Shown here piece by piece: positions 1-13,119 of a stretch of DNA of 64,000 nt. A model generated the notes under the pieces. It was not told the origin of the DNA. It saw only the letters and a list, made by a program, of their open reading frames with translations, and ran no database searches. This DNA comes from Octopus sinensis (lineage: Eukaryota): assembly GCF_006345805.1 (NCBI RefSeq), contig NC_043000.1, forward strand, positions 78,740,001 to 78,804,000, in the 5' to 3' direction. Position 1 is the first letter of the stretch. The number at the start of each line of letters is the position of its first letter. A program made the translations under genes and the position numbers.

Positions 1-1305
1 GAGCAAGGTGACAGCCATAGCCCAGAAGAGGTCTGGGAGAAAGGTATCCTTGTTGGGAAGGGCAGAAGTTGCACAGGTGTTCATAGCATCGGTGATAACC
101 TACTGCCTAACCGTCGTGCCTTGCCCCGGTTTGTGGCTGACCAAGTTGGAGAGGATCCTTTTCCGCTTTTTGTGGGGAAGTAGACATCCAGTTGTGAGGC
201 GCTCCATCTGTTGCCAGAAACCGTTAAAGGGTGGGCTGGGGATGCCCTGGCTAATGATGCGCAAGTACGCGCTGAGGCTGAGACATCTCCGATGCCACCT
301 GGATGGTGAGCAGGTGTGGTCAACGCATGCTGAGCGGGTCTTCCCAAAGTTAAAGTCCCTAGTGGACTTAGGTGCATGGATCACGCGGGGATAAGTTGGG
401 GTATTGGCGGGAGGAGTGCAGACAAGCACTATCCCTCTTCTCTCAGGTGAGCAATGCTAGCAGCAGGGTTACCACAGCGGATTTTTATAGCGGGTTGGTA
501 GAGCTTAAATCCGACGATGTCCTGGCGGAGACTCTGGGTTTCGACGAGAAGCAGTTAACCGACCTGTTCGGAAGGACTTTCGGGTCGAGATTTCTGGATA
601 ACTACCAGAAATCTTTGACCTGGCTGTGCTACCGATCGGCTTTACTGGCTCGGGAAAGGTTGTGAAGGCATGGTACTGACATCTCCCCTGCGTGAATCGG
701 TTACTCACGCCTTCGTACACTGTGAGGAGTTGAGGGAGTTGATGGCCTTTGCCGAACAGCTGTTGTCGGATGCGGAAAGAGTACGGCTCTCGTTCGAGTC
801 CATGATAAAGATTGTACCACCTTCCTCTTTCACCAAAGAAAAGAAGGTAGCCTTTCTCTGCGTAGTAACCATACTGAAAGATGTGGTATGGAAGACGCGA
901 GCAAAAGGGATTGCGACAGGTCAGTTCATCTCCGGACGTGGGTTGGTGAATTACTTCGCTGCCCATCTGTCTGGAGGGGAGGAGACTGCCGCAAAGCGAG
1001 TTTGGAAAATGATGGACGACAGTAGTAAGAAAGATGAGAATGCACGAGGCTGTGCTTGCACGGTCGGTCGGAGCATGAAAGGAAGGAAAAAAATACCAAA
1101 ATACCAACCGGTGGGTTAACTCACTAACCCGGACCCAAAACTCATCCGATCATCGTTCATATGTATATTTTTAATCCTCATACACAATATATGTAAATCC
1201 ATCCGGTTTTTTACACTGTATGTAAGAAGCGAGAGTGTACTTTGAATGTCCCTTGTCTGTCCTTGTAATGTTCCCTCTGTGTAAAACCATTATAGGTTAA
1301 TAAAG
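1..1305 (+). mobile_element. L1/Tx1-clade LINE, 3' part of ORF2 (post-RT region, decayed zinc knuckle) plus 3' UTR; frameshifted
   Basis: Split ORFs 8-394, 372-665 and 670-1119 give KVSLLGRAEVAQVFIASVITYCL...FRFLWG...GGLGMP and ESVTHAFVHC, typical of the L1/Tx1 ORF2 C-terminus; AATAAA/A-rich end near 1300. Confidence 0.85.
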
Positions 1306-1446
1306 AAATACATCGGAGAAGTCGAATTGTCACAATGTTATGCCACCAATACTGGATTTTACCTGGAGAAAACCGTTAACACTTTTCTGACACAGCTGCA
1401 GGTATGGAATAATACTCTCAATTGCCTCTTTGAATTTGCCTTTATA

Positions 1447-3139
1447 TCTCTATATATATAAAACTGAGAATGTGTGTGTGTGTGTGTCGGTCTGTCTGTC
1501 AGTGTGTTTCCCTAAAACTTGAGAACTACACAACCAATTTCATTTTAACTTTTTGCCTAGGGCGAGCTCACAGCAATATCATATCTTCACCACTACGGTT
1601 CCGTAAAACTTGAGAACTACACAACCAATTTCATTCAAATATAACACATGCTTTACTTAGGGTCCATGTAGTTTCATGGGCAAAAAAATGTTCAACTTCT
1701 TGCCTAGCAATATCTCATAGCAATATCATATCTTCTCCACTATTTCAGTATTACGCGTTAAAAGTGAAACAAAACATCTCTCTATTTTATGTCAGATACT
1801 TTCACTTTAACAATAAAATTAGAGATAATAATAACAATTGAATTATATGTAGTAAGTAATAATTAAAATAAAACTAAAGTATAATAAAATCGTAACATAA
1901 CAAAATAAAAAGAGCAATTAGTATAAAATTGCATCAATGACTTGAACTTGAATAAGTGGTTTCACATGAATGGGAATAAATTGAAAATAAAATTAGCGTG
2001 CAGAAATGGAATAGTCCAGATGGAGCTGTGCACATACCGTTTACCACGGCTTTTATATTAGATTACCTGCTAATTAGCTAGCATTAAGTATCTATATGAA
2101 GTTTGACTGTATGTAATGTCTGTTTTCTCGAACAGTACTGCTGTTGTTTTATTTCTTATACATAAAAGACTATAGCTTCAACTGAGTACTGCTTTTTGAT
2201 TCACCGTAAGGTTTATTGTTATTATTATTACTGTTTAACTATTGTTATCACGTTTGTTGGTTCCTCGTAAGAGAAACGTTATTGTGTTGCATTTGTTAAA
2301 TAATTGTAAACTGTAACCCTCCCCCTTTGGGAGAAGGAGCTTTGGTTATTGTTTAAAAATTGAATTGTGTCCCTGTTTGGGGAAATTGACAATATTTTCA
2401 CTGTTTATACGGAAGCATTTTTGATAGAATGCCTTCGATAGAAGAAAGTCCAAAAATAAATTTCGCTGCAGCTGTCGGCGGGTGTGAACTCATTAAAATT
2501 AAAATGGAAGAAATACAAACCTATTTCGGATTGATCACCGACAAAGACGGTGAATCTAGGATAACACCACCAAACGAAATAAAAAATTAAAATTAAATTA
2601 AAGAAAAGACTATTGTCTATAAAGTATACAATGTAGAGAGAAAAAAGATTTGAACACCTGGATGAAAGCACCATCGAATAGTGTCTTGGTGCGACTACGA
2701 AAGATATCTAACCAGAAGCGGAAAATTCGCCACAATAGAAGCAAGGTTCGAGTCAACGGAGCGTGCAAGGGACTGCTCGACTCGAACCTTGCAAAGTGGA
2801 AATATTTTATTTTTACTTTTATATCTGGGACGTAGGACGTCCCGGGTAAAAGTTTAAAATGTCCCCCAGAAGAACAGGTAGGCTGTATTGTAGCCACACT
2901 TCTATACAAGATGGAGGACAAGATACAATTGATCGAAATTGCAAGAGATGGGCCTACAATTCCAGTCTGATATATATTTTGAGTATTGTTATCACTAGCG
3001 ATATCAAGATATACCTTTGTATTTTGTATTTTACGTGTAGATGTATATATATAAATGTACATGTAATAAGTACACATATATATACACAGATATACAAGCA
3101 CTAGCACTATGACCCGGCAACGACGGGTCATAATGCTAG
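1447..3139 (+). mobile_element. Non-autonomous Helitron with both termini intact
   Basis: 5' A|TC at 1446/1447 followed by (TA)n-AAAACTGAGAATGTGTG; perfect 9-bp hairpin TATGACCCG-gcaacga-CGGGTCATA (3108-3132), then CTAG (3136-3139)|T; no TSD; second copy at 52060-53598. Confidence 0.8.
2429..3000 (+). pseudogene. Degraded L1/Tx1 ORF1-like N-terminal fragment carried inside the Helitron
   Basis: Frameshift-corrected reading of both copies: MPSIEESPKINFAAAVGG...TIVYKVYNVE...FATIEARFEST.RARE.STRTLQSGNILFLPLYLGR.TSRIKI.NVPPEVEAGWIVATLL; resembles LINE ORF1 RRM regions (recognition only, no search run). Confidence 0.45.
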
Positions 3140-3391
3140 TATTTTATATATTTCAGGTTTATATTTCTATATGCTTATCATCAGACTCTTAATATAAATA
3201 TGTAGATATTCGAATGGAATAATACCTCATGTCTTACATCTAAATTCTGAATTTGCTTTTCTGAATACTTTAAGACAAATATCTGAAAATTTTCTCGGAT
3301 ATCAAATATATTAATCTTTAGCTAGTATACTGTCGAAACAATAGTTGTAATATATACTAAAGCTTTATCTCTATTAAAATTCTAGTATTAC

Positions 3392-3502
<111 letters not shown>

Positions 3503-3672
3503 GTACATATACATTCATACATACAAGTTCCATTCTAGAAGGTTTCAAGAATATAACACCTTAATATCTCATCTTTTCTCATATTTTATGCCTAAGACAT
3601 GTATTTTCTATTCTGGTTTTTATATACCCCTTTCTATTAATACTTTATATTTATATTTATATACATAAATAT

Positions 3673-4050
3673 AAGTAGCTTCATTACGAACCACATGGTT
3701 CCGGGTTCAGTCCCACTGTGTGGCACCTTGGGCAAGTGTTTTCTACTATAGCCTCGGGCAGACCAAAGACTTGTGAGTGGATTTGGTAGACAGATACTGA
3801 AAGAAGCCGGTCGTATGTATGTATATATATATATGTGTGTGTGTGTGCGCGCACGCGCGCGTGTGTGTGAGTGTTTGTGTGTCAGTGTTTGTCCGCTCAG
3901 TATCGCATGACAACCGATGCCGGCGTGTTTAACACGCCATAACTTAGCGGTTCGGCAAAGGAGACGGATAGAATAAGTACTAGGCTTACACAGAATAAGT
4001 CCTCGGCTAAAGGCGATGCTCCAGTATGACTGAAAGAAGTAAAACAAAAA
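3673..4050 (+). mobile_element. tRNA-derived SINE, 5'-truncated
   Basis: B-box-like GGTTCAGTCCC followed by CORE-like GGCACCTTGGGCAAGTG and an internal microsatellite; fuller copy at 51639-52040. Confidence 0.75.
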
Positions 4051-4259
4051 TTTCTAATTTATTTTAATCGAAACGGGAGAAAAAGTTTGAGACGAAGACG
4101 CATTTTGTCGAAATGCGGAGTGGATAAAACAGCCGATAACTGGAAAGCTGTAGCCTGTCTTGTTTCTTTCGTTGTTCGCAGAACAAGTTCGTGTTCGATG
4201 TTTTCGTATTTCATGCTTTCGTTGACTAAAATGCTGCTGCATATGTGTACGTGAGATTA

Positions 4260-5603
4260 TAAATACATACATACACATTTATACATACACAAACATACAT
4301 ATTCATGCATATATACATACACTTACATACATACACAAACATACATATTCAGGCATACATACACTTACATACATACACACACATAGATATACACACATAC
4401 ATACACACACATACATACACATACATACACACAAATACACACATACACACACATACATACACACAAATATACACATACATACAATCACATACATACAAAC
4501 ACATACACACAAAAACACATACATACACATACATTCACACACAAACATACATACATACATACACATACATACACACACATACATACACATACATACATGC
4601 ACATTTATACATACATAGATATATACACATACATACATACACATACAGACATGCACATACGGGCATACACATACAGACATACAGACATGCACTTAAATAC
4701 ACACACATACATGCACACACATACATGCGCATATATATACATACCCACACATACATGCACAAACATACACATATATACATACACATACATTCACACACAT
4801 ACATACTTAAACATATATACACAAACATACATACACGTAAATACATACACATACATACATACACATACATACATACACATACATACACATGCAGACATGC
4901 ACATACAGACATGCACATACAGACATGCATATACAGACATGAACTTACATACACACACATACATGGACACACATACATGCACATACATATACATACACAC
5001 ATACATACACATACATACATACACATACATACACATGCAGACATGCACATACAAACATGCACATACAGACATGCATATACAGACATGAACTTACATACAC
5101 ACACATACATGCATACGTATACACATGCATATACACATACGTACACACATATACATACACACACATACATATACATATATACACATACATACATACACAT
5201 ACATACATACACATACATGCATACACATACATACATACACACACATACAGATACATACATACACACACATACATACACACATACATACACACGCATACAT
5301 ACACACACATACATACACAAACATACATACACATACATACATATACATACATGCATACACATACATACATACACATACATACACATACATACACATACAT
5401 ACATACACATACATGCATACACATGCATATATACACATGCATACACATACATATATATAAACGCATATATACACACACATACAGATACATACAAGCATAA
5501 ATACATACATACACATACATACATACACATACATACATGCACATACATACATATAGACATACACATACATAGATGCACATACATATTGACATACACATAC
5601 ATA
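4260..5603. repeat. Degenerate (ACAT/AC)n low-complexity tract
   Basis: Directly visible; source of the spurious H/T/Y/I and C/V/M ORFs. Confidence 0.95.
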
Positions 5604-5608
5604 CGAGC

Positions 5609-6015
5609 GAGCTCTGATCGCCGTAGCGCTCACTGTACTGTCGTGGCCTTGGTCATTCTACCCAATGTTTCTCAGAGGGAGCTCTGCCCGCCTAACGGTC
5701 ACTGCGCTGTCGTGGCCGTAGGCATTCAACCCAATGGCTCTCCGACCGAGCTCTGATCGCCATAGCGCTCACTGTGCTGTCGTAGCCTTGGGCATTCACC
5801 CCAATGGCGCTCAGAGCGAGCTTTGATCGCTGTGGCGCTCACTGTGCTGTCGTAGCCTTGGACCTTCACCCCAATGGCGCTCAGAGCGAGCCGTGATCGC
5901 CGTAGCACTGACTGTGCTGTCGTAGCCTTGGGAATTTTCCCCAATGGCGCTCAGCGTGAGCTCTTATCGCCGAAGCGCTGACTGTGCTGTCGTAGCCTTG
6001 GGCATTCACCCAACT
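5609..6015. repeat. GC-rich 70-bp minisatellite, about 5.8 copies
   Basis: Unit starts (GAGCTCTGATCGCC...) at 5609, 5679, 5748, 5818, 5888 and 5958. Confidence 0.95.
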
Positions 6016-6544
6016 CAATATTTATTTAACTGAGATATTAGACGAAATGAATTGAAGATCAGACAACAGACTCAGTAGTTGTCAATTTGTATTCTGTCAT
6101 TTTCTAAATACAACACAAGAAAGTCTCATTAAACTCACACACACACTCACACACATACACACATACACACACACATACACACACACACACACACACACCA
6201 CACACACACACACACACACATAGTTCTACACATATGTTTTGATTTTTGGAAAGTACAACATTGAACAAAGGATATTCTAATATTTTAATGAAACCATTTC
6301 ACTTTAATTTGTGGAACCAGTTGCTCCTGTATGATAAAACTTAATATTTATTTAATCAGTGAGATATTAGACTAAATCAATTGAAGATCAAACAACAGAC
6401 TCGGTAGCTGTGAGTTTGTATTCTGTCATTTGTAACTTCAACACAAGAGAGTCTCTTATTCAAGTATGGACTTTATGAAATTTTACTCATCATACATTGA
6501 AGGACAAATCTTTCAATTTACAATTTAATATAGTGGAGCATTTA

Positions 6545-6606
<62 letters not shown>

Positions 6607-7361
6607 ATGTGTGCGTGTGTGTATATGTATGTATATGTATATATTTTACCTATTATATACATTATATAATTTTTGTAATTTACTTAATCTTTATATTTTA
6701 ATTATTTTAATTTTAACTTTTGTATGATATGTAACTTTCTAGATGGTGTAATTTAATTATTTATTTTGAATTGATAAAAGGTGGTTTTTTTCTAATATCT
6801 TATATATATGTATACACATACATACACACAAATACACACATACACACACATACATACATACACACATACATACACACACAAATATACACATACATACATA
6901 TGCATACATACACATACATACAATCACATACATACAAACACATACACACACAAACACATACACATACATTCACACACAAACATACATACATACATACATA
7001 CACACACATACATACATACACATACATACATGCACATTTATACATACATACATAGATATATACACATACATACATACACATACATACATACATATACATA
7101 CATACACATACAGACATACACATACAGACATGCACATACGCGCATACACATACATATATATAGTGCTGTAAATATCAACACAATTATTTCTCCTTCCTCT
7201 TTTGTTTTCCTCTTCTCCTTTCTCTCCCTTCTCCAAACTCAAAGACACCCACACACACACGCACACACAGAGAAGGACACACACACATACACCTCCACAA
7301 AACAATCATAAAAAGAATTCTTCTTCTCTAAACCCAAAAAACCATTTGACCATTCCTCATT

Positions 7362-7399
<38 letters not shown>

Positions 7400-7960
7400 C
7401 TCTCTCTCTCTCTCTCTCTCTCTCACAATCATAACAAAGAAATATAATTTATGGTCTACCTCATCGCCACCACACACTCAATAACACTATGAAATGGTCA
7501 AAACTGAAATTCTTTTCCCCCAAGATCTTAGACCCCCCCTTGGAGTAAGCATGCTCTCCAGCAGACCAAATAAAATTCTTTTCTTCTTCTTCCCTCTCCC
7601 TTCCCTTCTTTTTCTTTAGCACTCATTCCAAATACAAAAGCACACACACGCACGCACGCGCACGCACACACACACACACACACCACACACACACACATGC
7701 TCTCTCTCTCACTTTCTCCTCATCCATTATCCTCTTTTACTGTCTTATATTCCTCCCCACCACTACAAACTCAATACCACTATAAAATGGTCAAAACTTT
7801 TCACACATGAACTTAGTTTCATTTGAAAACCCTACTAGAATGGAAGAAAGCGCTCATACATGATCTAAGTTATATGATGTATAAAAATGCAATATACAAA
7901 TGAATATCTGTAAATATAGACCACCCGATTTTCTGAGTACCTCATTTCTTCTAATATATA
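6015..7960 (+). repeat. Dispersed repeat (probably PLE pseudo-LTR-derived), with an inverted copy at about 42230-43510
   Basis: For example GTGGAACCAGTTGC...GAAGGACAAATCTTTCAATTTAC (6311-6520) is the reverse complement of about 43210-43420; 7160-7960 matches 42230-42960. Confidence 0.8.
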
Positions 7961-8053
7961 TATATAAATAAATAAAAACTTACTTGGAGAAGAGAAATAG
8001 AGAAATAACGCGTGCGTTCGGTCATATAATAATATAATAAATAAATATACACA

Positions 8054-8166
<113 letters not shown>

Positions 8167-8431
8167 ATATATATATATATTTATGTTTATGTATATGTAT
8201 ATATATTTAATGTAGGATATAATTTTTTCGAAAACAAATTTTATCAATGGCCAGCTTATTAAAAAATACCTTTAAAGGTTAAATTTATAAACAACTTGTA
8301 AATAAGGGCAAACGAAAAATGTCTAATGCCAAATATGCCGAAATTAGACACCTTGTTCATAATCATATAATTTTTCACAATACGCACGCTACTCTAAAAA
8401 GATCGACAGAAATTTCTAAAAAATTCCATTA

Positions 8432-8491
8432 TTACCATATCGGACCGATTTCAGGGTTTGTTCATAAGGACCCTCCCATCATCAGTGATAA
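8432..8491 (-). ncRNA. Type I hammerhead ribozyme motif, canonical core
   Basis: Minus strand: UUAUCA CUGAUGA uGGG...CCCu GAA AUCGG-U-CCGAU A UGGUAA; 6-bp stem I, palindromic stem III, cleavage triplet AUA; U-U mismatch at the base of stem II. Confidence 0.7.
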
Positions 8492-8769
8492 ATGTGGCAA
8501 AGCAATAAATTAGATACTTACTCATACCCATGGAAGAAGCAAACACTAAGTCATGAGCACAATTAAGTACCCCAAATATATCCAAAATAGAAATTCTCCA
8601 GCCCATCTGAGGCACGTGCGATTTGAACTGCGGCTCTCACAGAGTGAGAGAGTCTGGAAGTGTACACGATTAAATTTGTGTTTAATGTAGGATAAAATTT
8701 GGATATTCACTCCAATGGCGCTCAGACTGCCGGCTGCTAGCGGTGGGCATTCATATTGTACATATTACC

Positions 8770-8825
<56 letters not shown>

Positions 8826-9001
8826 TATATGGAATGGTTGTATACTGTCAATCTAACACGAACGTGACAGTAGGGGGGTACACCACCGCTGTATAGCCCT
8901 AGGAAGCATCGACGCCTCCTGATGGCTTTGACACATTTTTCCCTGTGTCCTTATATACATTTACGAAGGGGAGACAAACACCACCGGCCGTCGGAGCTGC
9001 A

Positions 9002-9046
9002 TCTAGGGACACGTGTTTCAGGATCATTGTCCTTCATCGGCCTAGA
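9002..9046 (-). ncRNA. Type I HHR (CCGAUGA core variant)
   Basis: UCUAGG CCGAUGA AGGA-caauga-UCCU GAA AC-acgu-GU C CCUAGA; perfect stems I and II, palindromic ACACGUGU stem III, GUC site; copy at 9357-9397 has stem I cut by the inversion. Confidence 0.8.
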
Positions 9047-9637
9047 GTAGCAGACACCGGTCAGCTGGCGATATTTGTCTCGACTTCGTATTGTATATAT
9101 CTATAATTCAGTGAAGTCTATTCACTGATTATCAAAATAAGAAATACTAAATTTCTAAATCTCTCGTAGAGACATGTACGGTGGTGGGGCGATAGAATGG
9201 TTGTATACTGTCAATCTAACACGAACATGACAGTACACCACCGCTGTATAGCCCTAGCAAGCATCGACGCCTCCTGATGGCTTTGACACATTTTTCCCTG
9301 TGTCCTTATATACATTTATGAAGGGGAGACAAACACCCCCAGCCGCCGGAGCTGCATCTAGGGACACGTGTTTCAGGATCATTGTCCTTCATCGGCCATC
9401 AGGAGGCGTCGATGCTTCCTAGGGCTATACAGTGATGGTGTACCCCCCTACTGTCACGTTCGTGTTAGATTGACAGTATACAACCATTCTATCGCCCCAC
9501 CACCGTACATGTCTCTACGAGAGATTTAGAAATTTAGTATTTCTTATTTTGATAATCAGTGAATAGACTTCACTGAATTATAGATATATACAATACGAAG
9601 TCGAGACAAATATCGCCAGCTGACCGGTGTCTGCTAC

Positions 9638-9682
9638 TCTAGGCCGATGAAGAACAATGATCCTGAAACGCGTGTCCCTAGA
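9638..9682 (+). ncRNA. Type I HHR (CCGAUGA core variant), plus-strand copy
   Basis: UCUAGG CCGAUGA AGAA-caauga-UCCU GAA AC-gcgu-GU C CCUAGA; one stem II mismatch. Confidence 0.75.
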
Positions 9683-9931
9683 TGCAGCTCCGGCGGCCGT
9701 GGGTGTTTGTCTCCCCTTCGTAAATGTATATAAGGACACAGGGAAAAATGTGTCAAAGCCATCAGGAGGCGTCGATGCTTCCTAGGGCTATACAGCGGTG
9801 GTGTACCCCCCTACTGTCACGTTCGTGTTAGATTGGCAGTATACAACCATTCTATCGCCCCACCACCGTACATGTCTCTACGAGAGATTTAGAAATTTAG
9901 TATTTCTCATATATATATTATATATATATAT

Positions 9932-10050
9932 ACCCTAAGTAAGGCATGTGTAAAAGTTGAATGAAATTGGTTGTGTAGTTCTCAAGTTTTAGGGATTCAC
10001 ACAGACAGACAGACACAAATAACCACACATTCTCAGTTTTATATATATAG
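9932..10050 (-). mobile_element. 5'-end fragment of the Helitron family at 1447
   Basis: Reverse complement of AAAACTGAGAATGTG...AAAACTTGAGAACTACACAACCAATTTCATTC. Confidence 0.7.
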
Positions 10051-10142
10051 ATTAGTATGTATATATATATGTATGTGACCGCGTGTGTATTATTAGCGAT
10101 TTTCTTTCTCCGTCTTCCCTTCTCTGGACCTTTCCTTTTTCT

Positions 10143-10177
10143 GTTTCTGACGAAGAGCTCTGCTCGAAACGTTAAAT
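10143..10177 (+). ncRNA. Minimal HHR variant (dimer type), canonical CUGACGA core
   Basis: GUUU CUGACGA A GAGC-ucu-GCUC GAA ACGU U AAAU; stem III reduced to the palindrome ACGU. Confidence 0.6.
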
Positions 10178-10259
10178 CCTCCATCTTTCTTTCCTTTCCT
10201 GAGCGTCCAGTAACAGTATACTTGTTCGAAAGCCTCGCGTCGTTGTATTTTCTCTTTGC

Positions 10260-10317
10260 TCATGTTTGATAACTATATACATATACATATACATACATAT
10301 ATATATATATATTATAG

Positions 10318-10348
<31 letters not shown>

Positions 10349-10387
10349 ATATATATATAATATATATATAGTGTGTGTGTGTGTATA

Positions 10388-10444
<57 letters not shown>

Positions 10445-10646
10445 ATATATGTATATATGTATATATATGTATATATGTATATATGTATATATATGTATAT
10501 GTATATATATGTATATATATGTATATGTATATGTATATATATGTATATATATGTATATGTATATATATATGTATATGTATATATATGTATATATATGTAT
10601 ATGTATATGTATATATATGTATACATATGTATATGTATTTATATAT

Positions 10647-10678
<32 letters not shown>

Positions 10679-10870
10679 GTATATATATATGCATCTATAT
10701 ACATATATATGTATATATATGCATTTATATGCATATTATGTATATATATATATATGCATATACATGCATATATATGCATACATATGTATATATATGCATA
10801 TATACACACATATATATGCATATATATACACATATATATACATTTATATATATATACGCATATATATAGA
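10260..10870. repeat. (TA)n/(TATG)n microsatellite complex
   Basis: Directly visible. Confidence 0.95.
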
Positions 10871-11122
10871 TATACATGTATATTTTAAAAAAACTATTAG
10901 CCAAATATGTATAATATCGGTACTTATTAATATTAATATATACACTGATATATATTTTGTTTTATTTTGTTCTGTTTACCTTCCTTTATTGTACCAATGA
11001 GTATTATATTATATAAGTGTAGCATTATGATGTATAAGTTTTTATATTTTACATTTTTATATTTTTATATTTATATGTATATGGTTATATAATATTTTTC
11101 ACAATTATAACAAATTTAATTT

Positions 11123-11238
11123 AATTCTCTGAAGAGGCCGTGGGGCATCCTTGTTAATGCCTCATTTTTACCTGCCTTTATGGCTTATAGGTTAAATGAG
11201 GTATGACTGCCCTCACTGCCGAAACAGCTGTCAGTTTT
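11123..11238 (+). ncRNA. HHR motif with about 85-nt extended stem II
   Basis: CUGAAGA (11129-35) GGC...GCC GAA AC-agcu-GU C (to 11232); inner pairings GGGCA/UGCCC, GCCUCAUUU/AAAUGAGGU, ACCU/AGGU; stem I partly decayed. Confidence 0.6.
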
Positions 11239-11509
11239 GATTTAATTACATATTATATTTGAAATTTTTTACTTATATCTCTTTATCTTTTTACTATTAC
11301 TGTATATCTTATTTTGTATAATGCCTTTACTCATATGTAATGGTGTATTAAAGTATTGATTGGGTATCATCGGATAGTTGATGTTTTATTGATTTAAGTA
11401 TGTTTCTCCATTCTCTAATTTTGTGATATACATGTATATATATATATATATTATACCTATGTTTATGTATATATATATGTATATATGTATATATATATAT
11501 ATGTACATT

Positions 11510-11593
<84 letters not shown>

Positions 11594-11771
11594 GTATGTA
11601 TATATGTATAGATATGTATATAGACAGACATGCAAGAAGTAACTAGATACCTCTAACTTTCAGAATTTCTGATCTAAGCGTCATAATATGTTTTCAGGGT
11701 GTGGACTTTACAACATAATTATTCTTTTTCATTCCAGGTGCCATTATATTAGACATTCGCGAAGAGTAACC

Positions 11772-12770
11772 ATGCCACGCACAAAAAATTTTGCAGAACT
11801 ATCAGATTTTCAAAGACGTCGTATTGTTGCGCAATCTGAGGCTGGTCATAGCCAGCGAAATATTGCCGAAAATTTCAAATTTCTCTTGCTACAGTTAATA
11901 GAATTATAGTGCAACTTAAAAGCCAAGGAAAAGAATCAACAGATTCACGTCCCGGGCGACCTGGTCCCTTGGAAAGGAAGCTTCTCTGTTTGAAGAGAAG
12001 TTTGGGAAACGAATCGCGTTCGAAGGCTTCTGACATTTCAAAACAGCTAGAAGTTTGTCCAAGAACGTGTGTTACATATCAGCATAAGCTTGGGTATTAT
12101 GGACGAGCAGCTAGAAGAAAACCTCTCCTTCAACCAATTAATATCATGAAAAGATAGAAATGGGCTAAGGAGATGTCAGAAAAATCAGTTCATTTTGGGA
12201 TAGAGTGATTTTCTCAGATGAATCGAGATTTGCACTATTTTCAGACACTGGACGTGTTTGGATGTGGAGTCTTCCCAATCAAGAATTTGATTCCAACCAA
12301 CTGTGAAACATGGCGGTATCTCTGTTATGGTATGGGGAGCTGTCACTAGCAATAGTCGATCTGAGATGATCGAATGTGTTGGAACTATAAACTCTGACAA
12401 ATACATCGAAATACTTAAGCAAGAACTACTTCCGATGTATTCACACGATAATATAACAAAAAATGAGTTTTAATTCATGGAAAATGGGGCTCCATGTCAC
12501 ACAGGGAAAAGGAATCAACAATGGCTGACTGAAAATGGGATCAAAAAGCTTCCTTGGCCGAGCCAATCTCCTGATATGAACCCAATTGAAAATCTTTAGA
12601 GCATACTAGATAGAGCTATACGAAAGACTCGACAGAAACCTAAATCTAAAGATGAATTGTTTCGATTGTTGCATGAAAGGTGAGTAGAAATTCCACAAGA
12701 GACAATCACAAAGCATATCAATGCCAAAAAGAGTTTCTGAATTAAAAACTGCAAAGGGAGGTAGTCCTGA
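11772..12770 (+). mobile_element. Tc1/mariner transposase remnant
   Basis: HTH N-terminus (ELSDFQRRRIV), GRP, ARRKPLL, VIFSDESRF, PTVKHGG.SVMVWG, WPSQSPDMNPIENL; stops and frameshifts; no TIRs recognised. Confidence 0.9.
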
Positions 12771-12774
12771 AATA

Positions 12775-13030
12775 TACATGTGGGCTAACAAAAATTGCAT
12801 GCAGGTTAATGCTGGAAAGTTCAAGCATGCAAAACTAAATACAATTTCAATCAAATACACTGGAGAGACACAGTCAGTGCGAGACATGGACAGTTACATG
12901 ATTAATGATGCATCATTCCTTGTGCATGTTGCTAAGACGGCAATGAAATGCAAGCGGCTGACCAGATGGATTCTTAGAATTTTAAAACGAGAGATCAGAA
13001 AACCATGATGATCTTCTGAAGGACATTTGT
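12775..13030 (+). mobile_element. CR1/L2-like LINE RT C-terminal remnant
   Basis: W..KNCMQVNAGKF...VRD...INDASFLVHVAK...KCKRLTRWILR. Confidence 0.5.
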
Positions 13031-13119
13031 CCTGAGTTGCTTTTAAGTCGATTACATCGACCCCCTGTGTGTAACTGGTAATTATTTAATCGACCCCTAA
13101 AGGGTGAAAGGCAAAGTCT

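Larger units (their letters stand above)
8832..9907. repeat. 363-bp unit: about 1.55 copies on the minus strand fused to about 1.4 copies on the plus strand; one HHR per unit (retrozyme-like)
   Basis: ATCAGGAGGCGTCG at 9398 and 9761 (period 363); inversion junction at a GCC microhomology (9395-9397). Confidence 0.9.

Noticed and set aside
1310-1405. Possible host exon (YIGEVELSQCYATNTGFYLEKTVNTFLTQLQ) ending CAG|GTATGG
   Set aside because: No acceptor site or recognisable homology; abuts the LINE tail; needs RNA evidence
4303-5756. Long ORFs (up to 483 aa; also 556 aa at 18733-20403 and many more) rich in H/T/Y/I or C/V/M
   Set aside because: Translations of AC/AT microsatellites, which lack stop codons in several frames
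5609-6015. CRISPR-like periodic array (also the 258-bp array)
   Set aside because: Whole units are repeated with no unique spacers, no cas genes, and the context is eukaryotic
7823-7860. HHR-like vestiges (also about 27130-27230, 38770-38810, 42360-42395, 47200-47245, 57401-57438)
   Set aside because: Two or more core or stem defects each; counted only as possible fossils
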